The translations under genes and the position numbers were made by a program. Shown here piece by piece: positions 51,427-64,000 of a DNA stretch of 64,000 bases. This DNA is from Mizuhopecten yessoensis. Its lineage: Eukaryota. Numbering within the stretch: the first letter of the stretch is position 1; each line of letters begins with the position of its first letter. The stretch covers positions 1,301,835 to 1,365,834 of the forward strand of contig NW_018407955.1 in NCBI RefSeq assembly GCF_002113885.1. Direction: 5' to 3'. The notes under the pieces were generated by a model. The model searched no databases and was not told where the DNA came from. It saw nothing but the letters and a program-made list of their open reading frames with translations.

Positions 51427-54400
51427 CAAGACCAAATGCTTGACTTGGACTATGTGTGTCGCATGACATTTTTTTGTGAAAAAGCAACATGGCTGCTTTG
51501 CTGAGAGTTGATAATAGTTACATGTATTTTATACCTTATCCTATTGAATAGAACCTGTATTGACATCTTTCAAACAGAATAATTCACCATTATGAAAATA
51601 GAGGAACTATTGGTGATTACTTTGATTTGTATCATTGTCTGTTATTGAACTCCCTTGATAATGAACCCTCTACACCGAAAGGAGAAACCAATGACGACTT
51701 TCGAACGTTACGAAAATATGGCAGGTGACAGGAGTGTATATTTCAGACGAAAGAAGAAATGTGCACACTACCAAAAAATGATACTATGCAATCAAAACAG
51801 TTTTTTCGGCATGACTATTGCTTTGATTTTGAAAACCATACCTCTCAAGACTTTTATGAAAATAAATAAATGTGAAATAAACAAAATATAATCTACAACA
51901 GTGTTCGAAATGTAAATCTTCCAAGATGAGAAGAACTTTTTAACAATGGACTTGATTGTTGACTGACTGAGCTTAATTCTTGAGCTTAAACCGAAAAGAA
52001 CCAACAATAATCCGCACATACACAGCTTTAACAAACATGAGGTATGTACATCCGTCATGTTTGTACATACTAATGCAAGAGAGCCAAACGTGAAATGCTA
52101 AATATAAAATATAGTAAAACATATTGACAACTTCAGACGCTGGTAGTTATGGGCGCTAAGGTCAGACAAAATAGGTGGTGATTTGGTGTGGAAATGTAAT
52201 AGGAAAACCTATCTCTATAGGAGTAAAGTCCAAGGTTAAGAATGCGATGTGGTAGCCGGGGTATATAGTTAAAGGTCATGTCTATACATGTGAAAGTATG
52301 TGTTCACTTCCCGCATTTTGTCTTCATGACTAAATGGTAACTTATAAGGGCAGAACGTTTACGATTTGCCCTAATTTATTTTAATATTAATAGCTATATT
52401 TATAGCAATAGGAATGAGCTCAAGTTGTACAACATATACAAAGCCCTTTCATATAATTTTTTAAAATTAGTATTTAATATTCAAGATTTTAGATCATGAA
52501 ATTCTAATACAAATTACAGTGTACAACAATGTTGATATTGATTTATATTATTATTCACTGCTATATTCAAAACAGTAAGTAACAAAGTGTTTTGATGCAG
52601 TGTGACCGTCGTGCTTGTTCAATGTAAACTTCAAATTAAAATGATAAAATTATTATCATCAGCGGTACAATACTTATTTAAAAAACTGATAAAACCATTA
52701 ATATTTGATTAAATTATTTTTAAAATAACTACAAGTATACTATGCCCATATGCAGGCACATTTAATACATAATGCTTTTGTATTTGTCATATTAAAATTT
52801 ACTGTTTGCATACAACGCTTTCGTTTAATAAATAGGAAACACTCGAATGTTCATTTGTGTTTATTTTGATTTATGTGTGCGTACACGTGTAAGTATGTGT
52901 GGTGCCAGTGTATGTATTTGTGGACATTGTAGCTCGGTAAAATGGTAGATCCTATAGAAATATGAAAGGGAAAATTGACACAATTGTGATTTCAAAATGT
53001 ATATTGGATAGCATTTTCAATATATCCTTCGCGTATTAAACAATGGGTACATGATAATATGTAAATACGTGCGGAAAAAATACATTAAATGCTTTGTAGG
53101 CAATCAAACCATATCTGTGTTTTAATATTTTTAGCTGCTGTTCAATTTCTGCAGTAAAACACTCAAACTCTGAAGCACGCCTGGAGTGTTCCCCTCATTT
53201 TTGGCTCTCGACGTAGCCGAGGGCCTTACGCTGTCGTGAGCATCGAAATAGCATAAGGTTTAAATAAAAGATGCTTATTGTTTTTCAAGCTTTAATAACG
53301 ATTGATAAAACTGTTTATACAGCAGTTAACTGGTCCCAGTTCATCGACAGCTAATTGGCCTGGTGTCCCACTTTCGTTATCGTGACAACAAAGTTTCTGT
53401 CAACAAATTCATTTGCTTTGTGTTAACCGATCTACGAACAGCCAAAATGTTTAACAGTCCGTCTACTGTAAGTGCAAGTCGCTACCAACATATCCGAAAG
53501 GTGTATTTCGTAATGCCTGGGATAAAAAAAAAGAAAAAAAATCATTCATAGTTTTAGTATTTTGAGCCGAACGACAATTCTAATAATCTAATCTCTAATG
53601 ACATTTTTTATTGTGAAAATTGTTAAAAAATATTGATACGTTGCAGGTTTATATCTGCTCTTATCTCAATACACTACCCACAAACACCAACGCCAAAAAA
53701 TGTATTTATCTCACTCACTAACCCCTACACTCTAACAGAACAAAACCATCCCGCACTAATCCAATTAAAACTACATTCACGCAGTTACAAACACAATTAC
53801 CCGCACCTATCAACCCCATAGTCTATCAAAACATACTAGCTGAGCCTGTACACCCTACCAGAACACACACACATCGAACACTAACAAAAACACTCTACCT
53901 TCACATATTTCGCACATTTACCCCCACACATTACCACTCACTCCATACACTAATCCAACACAGTGTGTATACATAATCACAATCACTAGAAAAATATCCA
54001 ACTGCTTAACTCAACTGCATAGATATTTCTTTTGATTGTAAGTGTGTTTGAAAGATTTTAATTAAGAAAAAAAGTAACATTGTGCTGAACTACTAGCAAG
54101 GTGTTGGTTGTTACAGCTAGATACAACAAACGTCTAGGAATACATTTACATTATGAGATTTGAAAATTGACTAAGAGGCGTAACTCTATAATCCTAAATC
54201 ATATAGGTTTAAAAATCCGTTCTCATCTCAATGGTTTCAATAATTACGAAAGAAATCCAATTCCAATAGAAACACGTAATATTTTGCCATAAATTTCTTT
54301 TCAATTATCTATTTACATTATGAGCTTCACTTGATATTAACACGTGCATGCAAAATAATCCATAAAAATTGTGACAATATTCCTTCATTGCTTGAGGTAA

Positions 54401-54429
54401 TATGATAAAATCAAGTAAATCTAGTAAAT

Positions 54430-55971
54430 CTAGTACCTGAGGCGTTTGATCACGCAATTTCCGGTGACTGTTTCTTGTCCTACCCATCCAACCACTCCTG
54501 GATTTGTCCCCGAGCACTTAATCTGACATCTGTTTCTGGTGAGTTGCCGATCGCGTTGTCCAGACCCATTGACCAGCGTTGTTGGTCCCCTATCTTCAGA
54601 AACCACGATATACCCTCTGCAGTCATACGCGATTGACTTTATTTTAAAGTGATATTTAGGGTAGTTCGCTTTCCGCGCTTGTACATCATGTCCCTTGTAT
54701 TTATGTATGACCTTCAGATTCGGGTCGCATAAAATGACACTGTTCCAATCACACACCAGGGCTATGTTTCCTGTAACTGGACACTGGGCGATAGATTGCG
54801 GATACTTGATCACCGACAGCTGGTTAGTGGTTGAATAAAGTATGTTTCCTTCTTTGTTGTAAACGTTTACCTTGGATTTTGTATCATCTATACCCACCAT
54901 TATTCGACCCTCAATGGTTACACACAGACTGCGTGGACGGCCATCTACATTGAATCTAGGTACCGGGGACTGCGAGAATGGCAAGACTTCGAGAATGTTT
55001 CCCTGCATTTTGTCACACATCCACAAATGTCCAGTGTTAGGGTCAAGGCTTATGTCCCTTACGTCTTTTCTATGTTCGACTGTGCGTCTGATCTGACCGC
55101 GGTTGTCGAACAGGACCACTGTTGGAGTTTGATCACATACCCACGCACATTCTGTTGATGTCGGACAGATTCTGGTGATTTTCTGTTTACTTGAAAATTT
55201 CATTGTTTGCTGGGTGGTTGATTGTTGCCTGGTTGTTGGCTTCAGTAGGTTTGATGTTCCTCGTGGATGCTGGTCAGTTGTAGGGGTTTGTATTGGTTTG
55301 ACATATGGGCGTAGCTGGTTTGAATTTTCGTTTGAATGGTCAGATTCATTGAGTGACGATAATCGTTCACTGTCAGGGGAAGTGACTAGTGTTCCAATGG
55401 CATGCTTTATCTGAACTCTGTCTTTACCAGGATAGAATGATGCATCCTGTAAAACGGATAAATCAAGACTTTGCAAACTTACTGTATCAGTTTTCGATTC
55501 CTCGTCATATACTTGGATATTGGAACCGCTCTGCAGGACCAGCTTACACTGTTGTACTTGAGAAGACACAGTTTCGTATCTGCTTTCCTGATTGCCAATA
55601 TGATCCTTTAGCTCTTTTTTGTCCTGTTGTTTGAGGTCATGACACCTTGAAACATATCCTTCAACTAAATCATCGACTTCTTTTTTACACAGTCGACCCT
55701 GGTCTTTGACACTTCTTACCAGTTCATCGTAACGGTTGTCAGACTCCGCCTCTTGATTTCGAGTGGACTCGATGTCGAGAAGGAGCCCCGGTAGTGTTTC
55801 TTTTTCAGTTCTGCTAATAAAGTCTTGGATGGAAGATATCTTCTGTTGAACTATATAGCGGAGCTCTACAAAGCTGTCGATGTGATATTTGTGTGCCGTA
55901 ACTACACAGGTAACACAGATTGCTTGGGAACACTGATTACATATAATAGCTACATCATCGTGTATGTGCAT
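54430..55971 (-). CDS. B-box/coiled-coil/NHL-like beta-propeller protein (TRIM-like, no RING), single exon; probable true start at 56033 via a frameshift
   Basis: 513-aa ORF: (C)SMH...CNQCSQAICVTCVVTAHKYH B-box, helical coiled-coil region, low-complexity linker, propeller repeats (PRSLCVT, PQSIAQCPVTGNIAL, SIAYDCRGYIVVSE). Confidence 0.85.
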   Translation of the reverse strand: MHIHDDVAIICNQCSQAICVTCVVTAHKYHIDSFVELRYIVQQKISSIQDFISRTEKETLPGLLLDIESTRNQEAESDNRYDELVRSVKDQGRLCKKEVDDLVEGYVSRCHDLKQQDKKELKDHIGNQESRYETVSSQVQQCKLVLQSGSNIQVYDEESKTDTVSLQSLDLSVLQDASFYPGKDRVQIKHAIGTLVTSPDSERLSSLNESDHSNENSNQLRPYVKPIQTPTTDQHPRGTSNLLKPTTRQQSTTQQTMKFSSKQKITRICPTSTECAWVCDQTPTVVLFDNRGQIRRTVEHRKDVRDISLDPNTGHLWMCDKMQGNILEVLPFSQSPVPRFNVDGRPRSLCVTIEGRIMVGIDDTKSKVNVYNKEGNILYSTTNQLSVIKYPQSIAQCPVTGNIALVCDWNSVILCDPNLKVIHKYKGHDVQARKANYPKYHFKIKSIAYDCRGYIVVSEDRGPTTLVNGSGQRDRQLTRNRCQIKCSGTNPGVVGWVGQETVTGNCVIKRLRY

Positions 55972-57788
55972 GGAACATTTTGGATTTCCTTTTTTCCTTA
56001 TAGGCCAGGACAGCCAGGTTGATTGGACACCATCGCAATATTGAAGTAATGCAACGAGTAATATATAGTTGTAAACATAACAGATACCAGGATGCAGATA
56101 TGTTATCTACTCGCACGTCTACACATAATGTAAAAACCTTAGTTATTAAGTACAACGTCCACTGTCAGTACACATACGGTAATACATATAATAGTGTGGT
56201 GATGAGTAAGGGCACAAAGGTGTAAACTAGTTTGGTATCGAACATGTTGTTTCGAGGCGAGTAATTGATATAGGTGACAGAAAAATGTTTCTCGCATTCC
56301 TGTGCTTGTTTGACAGCACTGTCTATGGTCGGAAATGGTTGTAAGAAGGTTCTTTCTCACACAACTATTAGGTTTTCTCATTCCACACTGTAAACATTTG
56401 TGATTACCCGCTAGTGGGTCACATCCTTGACGTTATTTCATCAGCCAATCTTCTAAGTATGACGTCATTACCAATTGCGAGGTCATTATTCATGGCAATT
56501 AGTTTTCCTGAGCGGGATCAGGCAGTAGTAATGTATAAACGAGAGAAATAGATGGTTTTCTGGATAAAATATGTGAATGTTGAGGGAGGAAAAGGTCCCC
56601 GATGAAGGCTGTGTATTACTCCGTACAGTTCGTGTCGTTATCAATTTAAAATTCAATAACCCGAGTTAGATAAACATGATAACCAACCAACACTCGTTTT
56701 TTAATTCTATATCTTACACCCATTCTATTTACATGACGTCGCAATGGGATAACAATAAGCTGACGTCACCAAATCGATAACATTTTGAATGCGGAAATTG
56801 CGACGACGTTTATTTGCGGTTTCTGACCTAACCCAGGGGTGTAAGATAGGTAAATTCTACTACATTACGCTGTGTTATTCCACTGTCAGATCATTGTATA
56901 AACATGCAGACTGTTGAATAAATATGAGTTATACACCACACGTGGTATATGACCTTCCGTAGTTTTGATTGGTCGAGAAGATGAACCTTGACCGGACGAT
57001 TTGTTTCACGCGCTTTTTGCCACGCGCTTTACGTCGTCTGCTGTCAACATCCGGCAAATGTTGGTGACTTTTGTGAGGTTATGCGATGGGAAAAGGGGGT
57101 TATTAAGGCAATACCAAAAGAAGATGATGCTTAAAGATTTGATCGCTAGTTCCAGGCAAAATTGCTACATTCGCTCGATATCGTTTCGACGCCATGCCGT
57201 CGCGTGTCCATGTCGTGAAACCCAGAGACGTAATATATATGTCTCTGTGAAACCCAAACAAGATCTGTAATAGCGTCGGAAAAGATTTCGTTCTCCCCAT
57301 GTCCAGTTATTGATATTTGGAGGGCCTGTCTATGGCGGAGCTCTCACTATAAACGTCAACCTTAGAACTTCACGAAGAAACGTCCCAGGCCTATGGTTTT
57401 TGACATTGACAGCGATTAGTTCGTCTTCATCACTTGGCGGGAAGCAGACTTCGTACGATATGCTTACGCGCATATAGTCCGTGGTTAATTTATATTAATA
57501 ATTAATTATTTAAGTTAATGCAATATTGCATACTCTCAATATTTAAAGTCGTCCATCCATTTTATTTTTCACGAAGTTGTTGCCAAAACATTAATTTAGA
57601 AAATTATAAAATTTGTAAAAATAAAATGTCATTTTTGAATATTAATGAGTGACTTTTTACATATTGGTTATATCACTACGCCAGCCTTGTCAACAAAATA
57701 ATGTGTATGCTATTCAAATCAGGAAATACTCCAGCTGTTTCCGACTGAGATTGTGGTAGAAACAGATCACACGACTCGTGGCTACGTA

Positions 57789-57917
57789 TTGAGTATGGTA
57801 TTTATTTCACTCTCGTTAGTTAATTTTCAAAAGTTACAGGAAGACACTCGCTAAAGCTCGTGTCTTTTGTAACTTTTGAAAATTAACTAACGAGGGTGAA
57901 ATAAAGACCATATTCAA
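57789..57917. repeat. Long near-perfect inverted repeat (arms about 58 bp, 12-nt loop), probably part of a non-autonomous element spanning about 56910-57945
   Basis: TTTATTTCACTCTCGTTAGTTAATTTTCAAAAGTTACAGGAAGACAC / GTGTCTTTTGTAACTTTTGAAAATTAACTAACGAGGGTGAAATAAA. An arm fragment recurs near 35597. Confidence 0.9.
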
Positions 57918-59589
57918 CAACCACTCGTAGTGTAACCTCTATTTCCACTTTCAGTGTTTTCAAATTGGTGCAAATCCCTTTTCAAATCGAAAACCCCGAG
58001 GACGGAATTTCCCAATTTCATTTCATTTTAACAAATTTTATTCATGATGGTATATGAATGGGATCGATCAACAGGCTATGCCTATATCTCTTATCTCCTG
58101 CATACATTAGTGTGAAATAGCATATATACAAATGTATATTATAATTTATAATAAAAACTGAAAAAGATACAGCTTATATACAAAACATTTATCAATGTGC
58201 AAGTCAATAGTATAGGGGAGATAACTCAAACTGCTTATAGAAATTACAGGTCAAACTGTGCTGTATCCCGACCTCACCAGGATAATGAGTGAATATTAAC
58301 TTTCACTATATCCTCAATGGGAATTCAAGATCCACACAGAGTGACTCGTATATAGTTAAATATCAAACTTATATACATTGGATATTATGAATAAGCTATG
58401 CCAATATCGTGTGGTATATTAACATTCACATTATAATATTTTAAGAATAAACTTATACAAATACTTGTTATTAATTGCTAACAACAAAGATGTCAGCAGT
58501 TCTTTTAATGTGAATATTCATGTTTTCAATACAAGTACATTGTAATATAAGCTGATAATAGGTAATTCTGTTTATATATATATTTTTGAGTTCACAATAA
58601 AGGTTGAAACACTCTCTAGGATATTCTTATTAGTTTCATCGTCACATTGATTACAACCATCCCGTATAGTATGTAGAGTATAGTGTGAGTGATTATCATA
58701 GAAAATAGAGAAGCCGAGAGTAATTGTCTGTGATTATGGTATCTGGCACAGTCAAAGAAGTAATGATGACTTGTTTCCTGTATGTAACCACATTCACATG
58801 AAGCAGATTTTACTAGATGGTCATTAAAAAGATGAAAATTTAAGTTGCTAGCATTATTTCTAATTTGACATAAAATTGTTTTAGTATAAGATTTATTTTT
58901 CTTTCACCAGAGTTTTTTTTACCACTGTCTGAGTATCATTAGCTGGTATATTGTTAGTTATGCTTAGAGGTTCTTAAATTGGGGAGAGATAAAAATCTGG
59001 ATCTAACTGATTGTAAAATCGAAAAGTTAAGGGAAAAAACTATCAGAGTAGCTCTCAGTTTTACATAACGGGGGGTAAATTGTTTTTCCAATCTTACACC
59101 CGTGTGCATTAAAGTCTTATGGACTTGTATCGTGTTGGTGTATTGTTGGTATTACAGTGAAACGATATCAGGTACAAAGTCGAAAAAGTGCTAAATACAT
59201 GTAATATAAATATATTATGGCATATGGAATAAATATATTTAAGAATAATTGCCGACGCGAATCTGTTATAAAAGTCACAACGCGAACATTTCAACACGCA
59301 AACAAAATCACTTGTTTGAGAAATTTGATGAATCACCGTTTTTTTTAAAGTATAAAGTGAACGACCCCAACAACATAATAAAAAAAGAATATGTCATTCA
59401 TATGCGGAATCGAAGTGTTTAAGTGAGGCAAACAAACGCTAAAACAACTGTTTAGCTACATATATCATCTAAGTACTGGATGACAGCTCCAAATGATTTA
59501 AATGTCTTTTATGTCTTAAATTTTCACATGTATACGTCTTACAAGGACGTCGTAGGAAGCCTGAAGGAGTTCGATATCTCTAGTACTAA

Positions 59590-62500
59590 GACGTCGTAGA
59601 AAGCCCATAGAAAGTCCGTAGGAAGTACTACTAGCACGTCGTTGGAAGACCGTACGAAGTCCGTAGGAGGTACTACTAGCACGTCGTAGGAAGACCGTAG
59701 GAAGTCCGTAGGAAGCCCGTAGGAAGTCCGAAGGAAGTACTACTAGCAAGTCGTAGGAAGACCGTAGGAAGACCGTAGAAAGCCCGTAGGAAGTACTACT
59801 AGCACGTCGTAGGAAGACCGTAGGAAGACCGTAGAAAGCCCGTAGGAAGTCCGAAGGAAGTACTACTAGCAAGTCGTAGGAAGACCGTAGGAAGACCGTA
59901 GAAAGCCCGTAGGAAGTCCGTAGGAAGTACTACTAGCACGTCGTAGGAAGACCGTAGGAAGACCGAAGAATGCCCGTAGGAAGACCGAAGAAAGACCGTA
60001 GAAAGCCCGTAGGAAGTCCGTAGGAAGTACTACTAGCACGTCATAGGAAGACCGTAGGAAGACCGAAGAATGCCCGTAGGAAGACCGTAGGAAGACCGTA
60101 GAAAGCCCGTAGGAAGTCCGAAGGAAGACCGTAGGAATCCCAAAGAATGCCCGTAGGAAGTCCGTAGGAAGTGCGTAGAAAGTCCGTAGGAGTACTACTA
60201 GCACGTCGTAGGCTAGCACGTCGTAGAAAGCCCATAGGAAGTCCGTAGGAAGACCTTAGGAAGTACTACTAGCGCGTCGTAGGAAGACCGTAGGAAGCCC
60301 GTAGGAAGTCCGAAGGAAGACCGTAGGAAGTCCGTTGGAAGTACGAAGGAAGTACTACTAGCAAGTCGTAGGAAGACCGTAGGAAGTACGTAGAAAGTCC
60401 ATAGGAAGTACTACTAGCCCGTCGTAGAAAGCCCGTAGGAAGCCCGAAGAATGCCCGTAGGAAGACCGTAGAAAGTCCGTAGGAAGTACTACTAGCACGT
60501 CGTAGAAAGCCCGTAGGAAGACCGTAGAAAGCCCGTGGGAAGTCCGTAGAAAGCCCGTAGGAAGACCGTAGAAAGCCCGTAGGAAGACCGTAGAAAGCCC
60601 GTAGGAAGACCGTAGGAAGTCCGTAGGAAGTACTACTAGCACGTCGTAGGAAGACCGTAGGAAGACCGTAGAAAGCCCGTAGGAAGTCCGTAGAAAGTAG
60701 TAATAGCACGTCGTAGGAAGACCGTAGGAAGACCGTAGAAAGACCGTAGGAAGTCCGTAGGAAGTACTACTAGCACGTCGTAGGAAGACCGTAGGAAGTC
60801 CGTAGGAAGTCCGTAGGAAGTACTACTAGCACGTCGTAGGAAGACCGTAGGAAGACCGTAGAAAGATCGTATGAAGACCGTAGAAAGCATGTAGGAAGTA
60901 CTACTAGCACGTCGTAGGAAGACCGTAGGAAGTCCGTAGAAAGTAGTACAAGCACGTCGTAGGAAGACCGTAGGAAGACCGTAGAAAGCCCGTAGGAAGT
61001 CCGTAGGATGTACTACTAGCACGTCGTAGAAAGACCGTAGGAATCCCAAAGAATGCCCGTAGGAAGTCCGTAGGAAGACCGTAGGAAGTCCGTAGGAAGT
61101 ACTACTAGCACGTCGTAGGAAGACCGTAGGAAGACCGTAGAAAGCCAGTAAGAAGTCCGTAGGAAGTACGTAGAAAGTCCGTAGGAAGTACTACTAGCAC
61201 GTCGTAGGAAGACCGTAGGAAGTCCGTAGGAAGTCCGTAGGAAGTACTACTAGCACGTCGTAGGAAGACCGTAGGAAGACCGTAGAAAGCCCGTAGGAAG
61301 TCCGTAGAAAGTAGTACTAGCACGTCGTAGGAAGACCGTAGGAAGACCGTAGAAAGACCGTAGGAAGTCCGTAGGAAGTACTACTAGCACGTCGTAGGAA
61401 GACCGTAGGAAGACCGTAGAAAGCCGGTAGGAAGTCCGTAGAAAGTAGTACTAGCACGTCGTAGGAAGACCGTAGGAAGACCGTAGAAAGACCGTAGGAA
61501 GTCCGTAGGAACTCCGTAGGAAGTACTACTAGCACGTCGTAGGAAGACCATAGGAAGACCGTAGAAAGATCGTAGGAAGACCGTAGAAAGCCCGTAGGAA
61601 GTACTACTAGCACGTCGTAGGAAGACCGTAGGAAGACCGTAGAAAGCCGGTAGGAAATCCGTAGAAAGTAGTACTAGCACGTCGTAGGAAGACCGTAGGA
61701 AGACCGTAGAAAGCCCGTAAAAAGCCCGTAGGAAGTCCGTAGGAAGTACTACTAGCACGTCGTAGGAAGACCATAGGAAGACCGTAGGAAGCCCGTGGGA
61801 AGACCATAGAAAGATCGTATGAAGACCGTAGAAAGCCCGTAGGAAGTACTACTAGCACGTCGTAGGAAGACCGTAGGAAGCCCGTAGGAAGACCGTAGAA
61901 AGTCCGAAGGAAGTCCGTAGGAAGTAGTACTAGCACGTTGTAGGAAGACCGTCGGAAGACGGTAGAAAGTCCGTAGAAAGCCCGTAGGAAGTTCGTAGGA
62001 AGTACTACTAGCAGGTCGTAGGAAGACCGTAGAAAGCCCGTAGAAAGCCCGTAGAAAGTCTGGAGGAAGTACTACTAGCACGTCGTAGGAAGACCGTAGG
62101 AAGTCCGAAAAAAAGTCCGTAGGAAGTCTGTAGTAAGTAGTACTAGCACGTCGTAGGAAGACCGTAGGAACACCGTAGAAAGCCCGTAGGAAGTCCGTAG
62201 GAAGTACTACTAGCACGTCGTAGGAAGACCGTAGGAAGACCGTAGAAAGCCCGTAGGAAGTCCGTAGGAAGTACTACTAGCACGTCGTAGGAAGACCGTA
62301 GGAAGACCGCAGAAAGCCCGTAGGAAGTCCGTAGGAAGACCGTAGGAAGTCCGTAGGAAGCACTACTAGCACGTCGTTTGAAGACCGTAGGAAGACCGTA
62401 GAAAGCCCGTAGGAAGTCCGTAGGAAGTACGTAGAAAGTCCGTAGGAAGTACTACTAGCACGTCGTAGTAAGACCGTAGGAAGTCCGTAGGAAGTACTAC

Positions 62501-62895
62501 TAGCACGTCGTATGAAGACCGTAGGAAGACCGTAGAAAGCCCGTAGGAAGTCCGTAGAAAGTAGTACTAGCACGTCGTAGGAAGACCGTAGGAAGACCGT
62601 AGAAAGTCAGTAGGAAGTCCGTAGGAAGTACTACTAGCACGTGGTAGGAAGACCATAGGAAAACCGTAGGAAGCCCGTAGGAAGACCGTAGAAAGATCGT
62701 AGGAAGACCGTAGAAAGCCCGTAGAAAGTCCGTAGGAAGTACTACTAGCACTTCGTAGGAAGACCGTAAGAAGACCGTAGAAAACCCGTAAAAAGCCCGT
62801 AGGAAGTCCGTAGGAAGTACTACTAGCACGTCGTAGAAGGGCCGTAGGAAGTCCGTAGCAAGTCCGTAGGAAGTACTACTAGCACGTCGTAGGAA
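59590..62895. repeat. 11-bp-period satellite (CCGTAGGAAG[A/T] and CCGTAGAAAGC variants) punctuated by ACTACTAGCACGT blocks
   Basis: About 3.3 kb of 11-mers; GC- and CpG-rich relative to the flanks. Confidence 0.97.
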
Positions 62896-63725
62896 ACATG
62901 AAGGTTTAAGATATCTCTAGTGCAAAGACGTTGTAGGAAGCATCTAGGTGTAAGATGTCTCTAGTAATAGGACGTTGTAGGAAGAATGTAGGTGTAAGAT
63001 ATCTCTAGTACTAGGACTTTGGAAGAAGCCCGTATGAGTAGGGGATTTGTAGTACAATGTCGTTGTAAATAGCATCTAGGTGTAAGATATCTTTACTACT
63101 AGGGCGTTGTGAAAACCTGTAGGTGTAAGATATATCTAGATCTAGTACTACATGTAGGACGTCGAAAGAAGCCCGTATGAGTAGGGGATCTGTAGTACTA
63201 GGGCATCGTAGGAAACGTGTAGGTGTAAGATATCTCCAGTACTAGGCCCGTAGGAGTAGGGGATATATAGTACAATGTCGTTGTTAATAGCATCAAGGTA
63301 TAAGATATTTTTACTACTAGAGCGTTGTGAAAACCTGTAGGTGTAAGATATATCTAGTACTACATGTAGGACGTCGAAAGAAGCCCCTATAAGTAGGGGA
63401 TCTGTAGTACTAGGGCATCGTAGGAAACGTAAAGGTGTAAGATATCTCCAGTACAAGGACGTCGTAGGAAGCATGAAGGTGTCAGATGTCTCCAGTACAA
63501 GGACGTCGTAGGAAGCATGAAGGTGTAAGATGTCTCCAGCACAAGGACGTCGTAGGAAGCATGAAGGTGTAAGATGTCTCCAGTACAAGGACGTCGAAGG
63601 AAGCCCGTAGTTGTAGGGGATATGTAGTACTAGGACGTTGTAAAAAGCATCTAGGTGTAAGATATCTCTAGTAATAGGACGTCCAAAGAAGCCCGTATAA
63701 GTAGGGGATCTGTAGTACTAGGACG
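62896..63725. repeat. Related, more diverged 33/44-bp repeat array; one such unit also lies at about 59540-59600
   Basis: GTAGGAAGCATGAAGGTGTAAGATGTCTCCAGTACAAGGACGTC (44 bp) repeats at about 63420-63600, with mixed variants around it. Confidence 0.85.
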
Positions 63726-64000
63726 AGGATCCTGCATTTAATATTTTGAACGGTATCGCCATTTGATAATCTACCATCAGCTTATTTGCACCTTGTTGAT
63801 GCAATCCATTACTCTGTTTTTTAACAAACCTTTCTTATACATTTGTATATGACTTGAGATTAATATGAGTTGTTAAAGTTTTATAACAATATTAATATGT
63901 CGTCATCAAACTGTACTAGCTGTCCTTGTGTAAATACTAACCATTGTATGGCATTGCCACTATATGATCCAATTAAATTCAGATGATTGCTTATATCATC

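Noticed and set aside
53660-53970. Strongly A/C-skewed tract
   Set aside because: Low-complexity sequence with no definable unit or structure.
59516-63588. Many minus-strand ORFs with LPTVFLRRASSTSYG-type repeats
   Set aside because: They result from an 11-bp repeat with few stop codons. The same peptides cycle through all three frames, and there is no gene structure.

Overview
AT-rich, intron-containing eukaryotic DNA, not prokaryotic. The gene families and repeat types suggest a bivalve mollusc (inference). Host genes: the first two coding exons of a GMC oxidoreductase (-), plus a decayed 3' remnant of a GMC paralogue at about 17.2-17.7 kb; an 11-exon MFS transporter (OxlT/OFA-like, +, 36175-44326) with one in-frame TAG, preceded by a decayed partial tandem duplicate (about 24.1-34.3 kb); an alpha-1,3-fucosyltransferase (GT10, +) interrupted by a 108-bp insert derived from a LINE; and a single-exon B-box/coiled-coil/NHL-like gene (-) with a paralogous fragment. 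Mobile DNA: a DIRS/Ngaro-like remnant abutting a Gypsy element, a miniature LTR element (TRIM) with tRNA-like LTRs that carries a nested solo LTR, CR1/L2 and Penelope remnants, SINEs and MITEs. Tandem arrays have 52-, 55-, 51-, 70- and 11-bp periods. The most notable observations are a 70-bp minisatellite made from a coding exon, the tRNA-LTR TRIM nest, and the LINE fragment in the fucosyltransferase that supplies splice signals. All calls were made by eye; no database searches were run.
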